From Patescibacteria group bacterium (GTDB lineage: Bacteria; Patescibacteriota; Minisyncoccia; Sungbacterales; HO2-52-23): 62,159 bases of DNA. The notes under the pieces were generated by a model. The model did no database searches. It had not been told where the DNA came from and saw only the letters and a list, made by a program, of their open reading frames with translations. The stretch spans positions 1-62,159 of the forward strand of contig JBBTVI010000008.1 of assembly GCA_038063315.1 (NCBI GenBank), given 5' to 3'. Position numbers and translations under genes: made by a program. Within the stretch, counting starts at the first letter, position 1, and each line of letters begins with the position of its first letter. Positions 9,413 to 16,950 of the stretch are shown piece by piece.

Positions 9413-11599
9413 TTATACCGGAAGCGGCAGGGAAAAGGAAAATGTGGAACCCTTGCCTTTGGTGGATGTGAAGAAGAGTTTGCCACCCATTTTTTCAACA
9501 AGCATCCGCGATATGAAGAGCCCAAGTCCGGTTCCCAGGACATCCTGCGTTTCTCGCGTCGTGGCGCGGAAGAACTTTTGGAAAATGTCCTTTTGTTGCG
9601 CCTCTGGGATTCCGTAGCCCGTATCCCGGACTTCGATGATACACGATGCGTCCGCGACAAAGGCGGTAATGTCCACCTTCCCCCTTTTTCGGTTATATTT
9701 GATGGCATTGGACGTCAGATTCGTGAGTATTTCCTTAAGCCAATGCGGATCTGCCGGAAAATGCGGAAGCGGTCCGCCTGTATGTACTTTTATCGCGACG
9801 CTGCGCTCATCAGCCAAGGGCTGCAATTCCGCAACGACATCATTGATTATCGGCATGATATCAACATCGCGGCGGTCAATCTTGAGCGCTCCGGTCTCGG
9901 ACCGCGCGACGCTCAAGAGATCATTGACCAGCTGTCTGAGGTGGTCGCTTGCCATAGCGATGGCGCGCAGATGCTCCTTGACATCGGCGGGAAAAGATGC
10001 GGTTGATTCGGAGACGAGTTCAAGGAAGCCGCGGATTGCGGTGATGGGCGTACGCAGGTCATGCGCGGCTACGAAAACGAATTCATCCTTCAGGCGGGCA
10101 ACCTCGCGGGCCTGGGCTAATTCCCTTTCTTGAACTGCCACAAGATCGCGTGTGCGCTCTTCAACGCGCGCCTCCAGCTCCTTGCTGAATTTTTTTATCT
10201 CATCAAACGCTTTGGCATTCTGCAAAGCGATTCCGGCCTCGACCGCGAAAATATTTAAAAATTGAAGATCGTATATATAGTAGGCCCCTCCGGAGCGCTT
10301 CGATCCGAGAAGGAGAATAGCCACCTCGCGGTTTTCCACGCGGATGGGTACGGCGACGGCAATATCGGCGGATCGGAAAAATTGCTTGAGGGGATTTTCC
10401 GGCAATTCCTCAAAAAGGAAGAATTGGCGTTCGCTGACGGGATTGTGGAAGAGCTTCTCGAAATCCGGTTTTGTCGTGAGTAGTTCGTCGGTAAATCCGG
10501 TTTGGAAAGTTTGGGTGACGACGTGTTTATCCACAATGAGAAGCGCGGAGCGGTTAATGCGCAGTTCGTCGGCCAGATTTTGCACAATCAGCATCGCGAT
10601 TTTTTCGAGATCGGTTGTTTCGGCCATCGCATGGGTCAGGCGGGACAGCAATTCTCCCGTGTCGTAGCGTCCCTTATAGAAGATGCGGTCGCTCACGCGG
10701 CCGGTAACGGCGCGCAGGGTATCGAAGGTCAGCGCGACGAGAGTGGTTAAGAGGACTCCGGCGAGCAGTACTTCCAACTCCGGCACAATGCCGAAGAAGA
10801 ACGTCACGACGGAAAAGAAGGTCAGGGCATAGATCGTCGCGACAATGCCGATGAGTATGGAATAAAGAAAGGCGCGCGCGACAATCAGGCGGATATCGAG
10901 AAAGCCATGCCGTACAATCGCATACGCGATAAACGTAATGAGAATGACGGGGAAGATGGGACCGAGAAAGACGAATGCGGATGTCCGGAGAATAACGACG
11001 AAGATGACCGTCGAGATCCCCATGAGGGAGAAAGAGGCAATGACGCCGGCAAGGAGATGGCGGAGTTTCATCTTCTCCTCGCCCTGGGCTCTGCGATGTT
11101 TGAGGATAAGGATGATAAAGCTGAGAATAAAAAGTCCGATGAAATCCAGGAAGAAAACCGGCATTCCGGGGCCGGGGACGGGGATGGGCTCGCCTTCCGG
11201 ATAATGGATTGATTGAAACACAAAAGGCATAAGCGATGCGGCCGCAGATGCGATCATGAGGAACAATAGGAGCGCGATAAAACGGCGGCGCATCGTTATG
11301 CGGTGTCCGGGAAACGTATGGACGAGAAGAACGAGAATAGGGCCGATGAATGACGTGACGAACATGACGGCGCGTATCCAGAAGAGTTGATCGTCAGGAG
11401 TTTGGCGTGGCGGGTGAAGCGACAGGAAATTGACGATAATGTAGAAGTCAATGGCAATAGCGAGCAATAAAAAGAGCCGGTGCGTCCAGCTTTTTGGATT
11501 GCGGATATGGATGATGGCGCCCAGCGCGGATGTCGCCGTCAGGGCCAGAACGCCGAGGAGGATTTCAATGGTGAGGGTGTTGGCGGTCATCGTCTGCAT
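9413..11599 (-). CDS. sensor histidine kinase HK-B (same multi-TM sensor as HK-A, extra TM/GAF-like region, HisKA + HATPase_c)
   Basis: residues 9-229 identical to HK-A residues 5-225; H-box AAHDLRTPIT, TSNAIKYN, DTGYGI, GTGLGL. Confidence 0.85.
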   Translation of the reverse strand: MQTMTANTLTIEILLGVLALTATSALGAIIHIRNPKSWTHRLFLLLAIAIDFYIIVNFLSLHPPRQTPDDQLFWIRAVMFVTSFIGPILVLLVHTFPGHRITMRRRFIALLLFLMIASAAASLMPFVFQSIHYPEGEPIPVPGPGMPVFFLDFIGLFILSFIILILKHRRAQGEEKMKLRHLLAGVIASFSLMGISTVIFVVILRTSAFVFLGPIFPVILITFIAYAIVRHGFLDIRLIVARAFLYSILIGIVATIYALTFFSVVTFFFGIVPELEVLLAGVLLTTLVALTFDTLRAVTGRVSDRIFYKGRYDTGELLSRLTHAMAETTDLEKIAMLIVQNLADELRINRSALLIVDKHVVTQTFQTGFTDELLTTKPDFEKLFHNPVSERQFFLFEELPENPLKQFFRSADIAVAVPIRVENREVAILLLGSKRSGGAYYIYDLQFLNIFAVEAGIALQNAKAFDEIKKFSKELEARVEERTRDLVAVQERELAQAREVARLKDEFVFVAAHDLRTPITAIRGFLELVSESTASFPADVKEHLRAIAMASDHLRQLVNDLLSVARSETGALKIDRRDVDIMPIINDVVAELQPLADERSVAIKVHTGGPLPHFPADPHWLKEILTNLTSNAIKYNRKRGKVDITAFVADASCIIEVRDTGYGIPEAQQKDIFQKFFRATTRETQDVLGTGLGLFISRMLVEKMGGKLFFTSTKGKGSTFSFSLPLPV
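10914..11576. repeat. 663-bp segment identical to 8205-8867
   Basis: see 8205-8867. Confidence 0.9.
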
Positions 11600-11613
11600 A
11601 GTATGATAGTATA

Positions 11614-12771
11614 ATGGATATGAAACACTCTCAAGATAGCGCTATCCCCATGGGAGCGAATTACGCGTGCTGGCATCTTCCGGTTCTTTCGCAAAGAGAA
11701 TTCAATGGGCTGTCTTCGGGTGAACGGCTGCTTTATTTTGCGCGTCTCGCCCATCTTGCTCCGAGTACGCATAACACCCAGCCGTGGCGTTTTTTTCTGG
11801 ACGAAGGACAGAATTCCATCGCGGTCTATCTGGATCGCGCGGCGGTCCTGCCTGCATCGGACGTCAAAGGGCGGCAAGCCACAATCAGCGCCGGGGCGGC
11901 CATGGCGCATCTTGTTATTGCGGCGGAACAGTATGGGTTATCTGTTGAGATGGCCATTGAGGCGGCGCGGAACGTCGTGCTCACGGCGGCGGGCCGTTCG
12001 GTAGCGGAGCGTTATGCCCGCCTCGGGGCGATGCGTTTCGCCGCGTCCCAAAAAGCGTCCCGAGGCGGTGATTGTTTTTTGGCAATCTGGAAACGAAAAG
12101 TGATGCGCGCGGAATTTGATATGGTTACGCCGGTCCCCGCGGACATCCTGCGGTCGCTTGAAAAGATGGCGGATGGAAAGGAAGTAAAATTATACGCGGT
12201 CACGGACACGGCGCGCCGTTACAGTGTTGCCGAATTTCAGGCGCAGGCCGACGGTTTCGTCATCAATTCGAAAAAATTCAGCCGCGAGCTCGGCGACTGG
12301 CTTTTGCCCAACGATTCACGTTCCGGCCTCGGGATGCCTGGAAGCGGTTTCGGGCTGGGCGATGCGGAGGCGCGGCGCATGCATAAGGGCCTGATGGGCG
12401 AGACGCCCCTGGAGCCGGAAGACGGCTTAAAATTCTCCTTGGGAGGGAAGCGGGGAATTGAGACCTCGCCGTTACTTTGTTTTCTCACGATTGCCAAAGA
12501 CGACCCTCCGCATTGGGTGCGCGCGGGCATTGCATTTGAAAAAATGTTTTTGGGGCTCACGGCCGCAGGATGCTATGTCGCGGTTCACGCGGGGATCGTT
12601 GAAGTCGGTCTTATCAATCGCATGTTCAGCGCGACATTGGGTACGCTACGCCCGCTCGCGGTATTTTTCCGCGCGGGGCATCTGAAAGACGCGCGGTACG
12701 CGGCGCGTCCACACTCTCCTCGGCGCCCGATCGAAGAAGTGCTTCTGGCAGTGCTGCCGGATTCCGCCTGA
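11614..12771 (+). CDS. nitroreductase-fold flavoprotein (two-lobed, Acg-like size class)
   Basis: LAHLAPSTHNTQPWRF nitroreductase signature; 385 aa; start could be M3 or M13. Confidence 0.65.
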   Translation: MDMKHSQDSAIPMGANYACWHLPVLSQREFNGLSSGERLLYFARLAHLAPSTHNTQPWRFFLDEGQNSIAVYLDRAAVLPASDVKGRQATISAGAAMAHLVIAAEQYGLSVEMAIEAARNVVLTAAGRSVAERYARLGAMRFAASQKASRGGDCFLAIWKRKVMRAEFDMVTPVPADILRSLEKMADGKEVKLYAVTDTARRYSVAEFQAQADGFVINSKKFSRELGDWLLPNDSRSGLGMPGSGFGLGDAEARRMHKGLMGETPLEPEDGLKFSLGGKRGIETSPLLCFLTIAKDDPPHWVRAGIAFEKMFLGLTAAGCYVAVHAGIVEVGLINRMFSATLGTLRPLAVFFRAGHLKDARYAARPHSPRRPIEEVLLAVLPDSA

Positions 12772-12801
12772 TATGACGGCTTGCGCAGCTTTTCGGATGG
12801 A

Positions 12802-14079
12802 TCATCGAAAAATCCGCACGCGGAAGGTTTTTTTGTTGATGATGGCGCGCGGCGGGTATGTGTGGCCCAGGCGTATTCGTGCGATCGTCTCTGCCGCAAT
12901 CGCGCCAGCCATGGCAACGGTGGATCCGAGTTGCGGGATAAGCGTGGAGGTGGGAATCTCGGTTTTTCCCGCGATGATCCGGGCGAGTTCATCCGTTCTG
13001 TATGTTTTTCCGATGAGCGCATCAACGAAGCGGAAAAAAGCAGCGCGGTCCGCGGGGTGATCGTGCGCGTCTTCGAGGCGGAGGCGGATTGTTTGATCAT
13101 CATTGCCGTATGTCAGCGGGAGCATGCGGTCTTTGTCGTAACGGAGGACGTCGAGCTGGACCGCGGAGCCGATATCCGTGAGCATGAGAACGGGAATCCC
13201 GCGCTTGCGCGCTTCTTCTCTGATAACAATTTTGAGGCGTGGGTCGTCCATCTCTTCTACGATAACATCGGCCTTCGGTTCTTTCGCTCGTCCGTCCAAA
13301 AACAGAGCAATCGTTTCTTCGATGATTCCTTCCGGATAGGCATAGACGGAAATGAACGGGTCCGTTGCGTAGATTTGTTCCGCGGTGACCAGCGCTTTGT
13401 TGCGGAGCAGCATCTGGGCCGGATCGGTTCTTTTCGCGTTCGATTCCACCAGGTCACCGTAGCCGAGCCGCACGCGATTGATATTTTCCATTTTGTACAT
13501 TCCCTTATCCGCGATTTTGACTGCAAAGGGCCTGAGATCCATAGCGATTGTATGGAGGATGGAATTGCCGACGCTCCCTCCGGCAACGGCGACGGCGGTT
13601 TGAGCAAGGATTTTGCGGATTTGCCGCCATCCGAGCTTGCCTTTGGGGTCGGTGATAAGCATTGAGTTGCTTGCGGTCGCGACAACGCGGTGCCAGTACG
13701 GAGGGCAGAAGCGGACGAGATGGTTGGGCGCCACGTAATAGGCATATACTCCGTAATCGAATTCCGGTCCGCGCGCGTTCTCCAGCGCCGCGGAGTAACG
13801 GCGCCACTCCGCGTTGAAAACATCCCGCAGCGTTTTGCCAAGATTGTCCGCGACGGGAGATGTCGCCGCTTGCGTCAGGCGCTCATTGAGGCCGAATATC
13901 GTCGCCTGCGTCAGATCGAATTGATTCGCGGGCGGAATAAGGGCATTTTTTGCCGGCGTGATTCGAAGGACGGCTGAACCGTCTTTTTGATAGCGCAGGC
14001 GGCCTGTCCGGTGGGCGCGCGTGACATCAAGAAGCAGGGGTTTTCCGGCCAGACGCTTCGCTGTTTTGACGGTTGTCAT
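12802..14079 (-). CDS. E1-like (ThiF/MoeB/HesA superfamily) adenylyltransferase with about 170-aa N-terminal extension
   Basis: Rossmann loop VAVAGGSVGNS, KIADKGMYKMENINRV (D..N-x-N-R), EEARKRGIPVLMLTDIG; start trimmed to MTTVKTAK (14079) to remove 106-nt overlap with upstream gene. Confidence 0.65.
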   Translation of the reverse strand: MTTVKTAKRLAGKPLLLDVTRAHRTGRLRYQKDGSAVLRITPAKNALIPPANQFDLTQATIFGLNERLTQAATSPVADNLGKTLRDVFNAEWRRYSAALENARGPEFDYGVYAYYVAPNHLVRFCPPYWHRVVATASNSMLITDPKGKLGWRQIRKILAQTAVAVAGGSVGNSILHTIAMDLRPFAVKIADKGMYKMENINRVRLGYGDLVESNAKRTDPAQMLLRNKALVTAEQIYATDPFISVYAYPEGIIEETIALFLDGRAKEPKADVIVEEMDDPRLKIVIREEARKRGIPVLMLTDIGSAVQLDVLRYDKDRMLPLTYGNDDQTIRLRLEDAHDHPADRAAFFRFVDALIGKTYRTDELARIIAGKTEIPTSTLIPQLGSTVAMAGAIAAETIARIRLGHTYPPRAIINKKTFRVRIFR

Positions 14080-14132
14080 GTTGATCGTATCATAACAAAA
14101 AACCGTACCAATGGGTACGGTCGGGATGCGGT

Positions 14133-15263
14133 TCACGTCATTTGGGTTATGCGTCCGGGGGAAACGAAAAACCGTTCTATGCTGTTTTTCCATGACGCGA
14201 CATTCATGATTTGCAATTGCGGACCGTCGGCGACGCATACATCAATGAAGAGACGGAGCATTTCGCCGGTGCAGCGCGTATGGGGCAGCTTGCCGCGGCG
14301 CGCCAGCAATTTCCCCAGATGTCGGAGTCGCGGGATTGCATTGCCGATGTCTTCGAGCAAAAGAACGAAGTCGCGGTCGCAAGCGACGGGGATGGCGCCG
14401 TCGAGGGTCGCGTAGGTAATAATTTTTTTTGCGATCAGGCGGCGCAGCAGTTGAAGCAGTTGTTTGACGTCGAGGAAGTAGGCGGGAAATTCGTAGGCGG
14501 AGACGGGACGGTTCACGACGATGTCGCGCTCCGGGCAGTCGAGGAGGAGATACGCGGGCGTAAAGCGCGGAAGGCGCTGGCCATCCGTCAGAGATCTCAT
14601 GGTGAGTGATTTCTCAATGAGTTCCTGGCGGAATAGGCCGGACAAAAATCGAAATGCGCTTGCTGCGGCATCGCAAAAGAAATGGCGATTGATCAGCGCG
14701 AAACAGGCGGCGCTGTACCGATGATGCCGCGAGAGCGCCGTCAGTCCGGCGCCATCGCCGTCGGCCATGTACGGATGAATGCCGCAGATTTTGGAGACGG
14801 TGACGATTTTTTCGATCTTTGCGGCCCGTCCGTTCAGTAATTTCTCAGCGACGCGGCAGACAAGCGATCCGTTTCGGTACGTGCATTCCGCAAAATCAGG
14901 CGTCAACGGCGGTTGCGGGACGGCGGGGACGAAACGCGCGCTGAACCATTCCTCAACGCGTTTTGCGCCGGACCGGCGCGGGAAGTGCATTGTGTAGCGT
15001 ACACGAATGAGGTAGATCCACGATTTATAGTCGTATTCATCAAAGAGAGGCACATTTCCGTAGCGGGCGTACGACATCCGCGCTTCTAACAACAACCGAT
15101 AGAGCACCCCGTATTTCCATTGTCTGTCATCGCCGTCTTTGACGGGATATAGGTCAAAGCAGACATCATCGAGCCTGTATGTCTCCGCAGGATGGGGAAG
15201 GCGCCTGCTCAACGAGAGAATTTCCTGCGGCGTGAGCCGCGCGTGCTGTTCGTGCGGCTTCAT
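14133..15263 (-). CDS. hypothetical protein, 376 aa (N-terminal half faintly GNAT/FeeM-LuxI-like)
   Basis: long ORF co-directional with and 53 nt upstream of the E1-like gene; pattern FDEYDYKSWIYLIRV..WFSARFVP..IVTVSKICGIHPY is only a weak resemblance. Confidence 0.55.
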   Translation of the reverse strand: MKPHEQHARLTPQEILSLSRRLPHPAETYRLDDVCFDLYPVKDGDDRQWKYGVLYRLLLEARMSYARYGNVPLFDEYDYKSWIYLIRVRYTMHFPRRSGAKRVEEWFSARFVPAVPQPPLTPDFAECTYRNGSLVCRVAEKLLNGRAAKIEKIVTVSKICGIHPYMADGDGAGLTALSRHHRYSAACFALINRHFFCDAAASAFRFLSGLFRQELIEKSLTMRSLTDGQRLPRFTPAYLLLDCPERDIVVNRPVSAYEFPAYFLDVKQLLQLLRRLIAKKIITYATLDGAIPVACDRDFVLLLEDIGNAIPRLRHLGKLLARRGKLPHTRCTGEMLRLFIDVCVADGPQLQIMNVASWKNSIERFFVSPGRITQMT

Positions 15264-15481
15264 AAGCGTTATTTCCTTTTCAAAAAGCGGTTATCGCAAT
15301 TGCATTGCGGTTTCCTGCAGGATAAACGAAATCCATATATTCCGCAAGAAAAATTGCATCGGTGCGATTTTCTGCTATAATAACTCCGTTTGGTGGCGAG
15401 TCCACGACTGCGGTTGGTTTTGATTTTGAGGGATAAATAGCGCGACGCTCATACAGTACAATGATGGTGTGATTTGCTTTC

Positions 15482-15552
15482 CCCCCTATAGCTCAATGGT
15501 AGAGCAGCGGCCTTTTAAGCCGTTGATCAAGGTTCGAATCCTTGTGGGGGGA
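15482..15552 (+). tRNA. tRNA-Lys (anticodon UUU)
   Basis: hand-folded cloverleaf: acceptor CCCCCTA/TGGGGGG, D arm GCTC-AATGGTA-GAGC, anticodon arm GCGGC-CTTTTAA-GCCGT, T arm CAAGG-TTCGAAT-CCTTG, discriminator A; no encoded CCA. Confidence 0.8.
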
Positions 15553-15590
15553 CACTTTAGAAAAGCGCAAGCCAAAGAAAGTCGCAGCTA

Positions 15591-15830
15591 CTACTTCGGG
15601 TGTGCAATAAGGTCAAGGAGGATGTACGCGTCTCCCTCGATACGGAAGTAGAAACGCCAGTCACGGGTTACCCGCGCTTGCCAACGCTCGGCATCGTATT
15701 TCTTGGCGCGGAGCGAGGGGTGTTGGATATCATGGCGAAGAAAAGCCACCTGCTTGAGCAACGCTCGTTTGATCGCAGGTGGCGCTTTGGCGTAGGCCCG
15801 ATCAAAGTGTCTGGTGGCGAGAATCTGCAT
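15591..15830 (-). CDS. ParE/RelE-superfamily toxin
   Basis: 79 aa; WQARVTRDWRFYFRIEGDAYILLDLIAHPK C-terminal signature; TAATG overlap with upstream antitoxin. Confidence 0.8.
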   Translation of the reverse strand: MQILATRHFDRAYAKAPPAIKRALLKQVAFLRHDIQHPSLRAKKYDAERWQARVTRDWRFYFRIEGDAYILLDLIAHPK

Positions 15831-16132
15831 TATTCGCGCACCGCATCAAGATGTCGTTTGAGTTCATCGACCGTGGCAAACGGACCGCTCACCCGACCGG
15901 CCCGGATATCCTCCTCTGCCTCGGCAAGGCGGCGATCAATCTCAGGATGCTTCTCGACAAGCTGCTTTGGGGTGAGCACCAATTTGCTTCCCTGGCGCTC
16001 GACATCAACGTAATCACCCGGGGCGAGTTCCAGTTCATCATAGAGTTTTTTCGGAATCACAATCTGGCGGCTTGCGCCCACCTTGACTGTCGGCGTAACC
16101 GCACCCTTCCGTTGCATGAGTTGTAGATTCAT
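15830..16132 (-). CDS. AbrB/MazE/SpoVT-type antitoxin
   Basis: SRQIVIPKKLYDELELAPGDYVDVERQGSKLVLTPK swapped-hairpin motif; start chosen at MNLQLMQRKG (16132), M at 16117 equally possible. Confidence 0.7.
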   Translation of the reverse strand: MNLQLMQRKGAVTPTVKVGASRQIVIPKKLYDELELAPGDYVDVERQGSKLVLTPKQLVEKHPEIDRRLAEAEEDIRAGRVSGPFATVDELKRHLDAVRE

Positions 16133-16336
16133 ATATTTGTATATTATAACTTCTCCGCACATCGTCAAGGGTTTATGGGGTAACCGCTCACCAGTCAAGG
16201 AAGGATTTGGCTTATTAAGGGCATTTTCGTGCATTCCCATGGCTTTATCCATAATGAAACGGTAACGAAAAATGGCTTATCCAAGGGGTTTGGGCGTGCG
16301 AAACCCTCAACCGGTGAGCGCTTACATGAGTTTCTC

Positions 16337-16365
16337 TTGCTTTTTAAGCATAATTATGCTATAAT
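16337..16365 (+). promoter_or_regulatory. sigma70-like promoter TTGCTT-17 nt-TATAAT
   Basis: -10 box ends 6 nt before the GTG start at 16372, implying a leaderless or near-leaderless mRNA. Confidence 0.35.
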
Positions 16366-16371
16366 TTAGAC

Positions 16372-16713
16372 GTGAAAAAGTTTTCAAAATTCGCGGGATG
16401 GGTGCTTGTTGGCGCGTTACTTTTAATTTATGCCGTTTTGTACTTTAGTGGCAATACCGACCCTTCGCCATCTGTCCGCACTAGTGTCCAGGAATATCAG
16501 CAATCTGGATTTGCGAATTCTCTTTATTCCGTTCAAGACAAAGAAAACTGTGTAATAAAGGGGAACATCAGCTATAAAACTGGAGAAAAAATTTATCATT
16601 TACCCAGTGATGCCTACTACGATCGCACGGTCATAAACGAAGCATACGGAGAACGCTGGCTCTGTACTGAAGCCGAAGCGCGAGCTGCGGGTTGGCGTCA
16701 TACATATCGTTAA
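16372..16713 (+). CDS. membrane-anchored sunset-domain-like protein
   Basis: signal anchor; CVIKGNISYKTGEKIYHLPSDAYYDRTVINEAYGERWLCTEAEARAAGWR matches the C-x-IKGNIS..GEKIYH.P....Y..T......E.WFCTE.EA..AGWR pattern; GTG start. Confidence 0.7.
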   Translation: MKKFSKFAGWVLVGALLLIYAVLYFSGNTDPSPSVRTSVQEYQQSGFANSLYSVQDKENCVIKGNISYKTGEKIYHLPSDAYYDRTVINEAYGERWLCTEAEARAAGWRHTYR

Positions 16714-16764
16714 TAGTGGATTAAACCCCAGAATTAACAAGTGTTGATAAATACAAATTTGTTG

Positions 16765-16945
16765 ATGGTATAGCCCCCGCAAAACAAAATGTCCCTTTTA
16801 TTTCTGTCATTCCCGCGAAGGCGGGAATCCAGGTTTTTCCTTTTAGATGAGGCAGAACCTGGGCCCCCGCCTGCGCGGGGGCGACAACCGGAGAGAATTA
16901 TTGCGTTATTGAAACGGTCATTTTGTTTTGCAGGGGCTATATCAT
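16765..16945. mobile_element. 181-bp MITE-like element with 27-bp terminal inverted repeats
   Basis: left ATGGTATAGCCCCCGCAAAACAAAATG, right CATTTTGTTTTGCAGGGGCTATATCAT (25/27 complementary); interior has the hairpin GTCATTCCCGCGAAGGCGGGAATCC (16806-16830) and CCCCCGCCTGCGCGGGGG. Confidence 0.5.
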
Positions 16946-16950
16946 AATCT

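Noticed and set aside
11600-11622. TATAAT at 11610-11615 as a promoter for the nitroreductase gene
   Set aside because: It overlaps the annotated ATG itself, and the divergent kinase start is only 14 nt away. The placement is too ambiguous to call without transcription start data.
15482-15552. Unusual C1-G72 first base pair in tRNA-Lys
   Set aside because: It could simply reflect a 1-nt error in my hand-drawn acceptor boundary. A tRNAscan-SE run is needed before reading anything into it.
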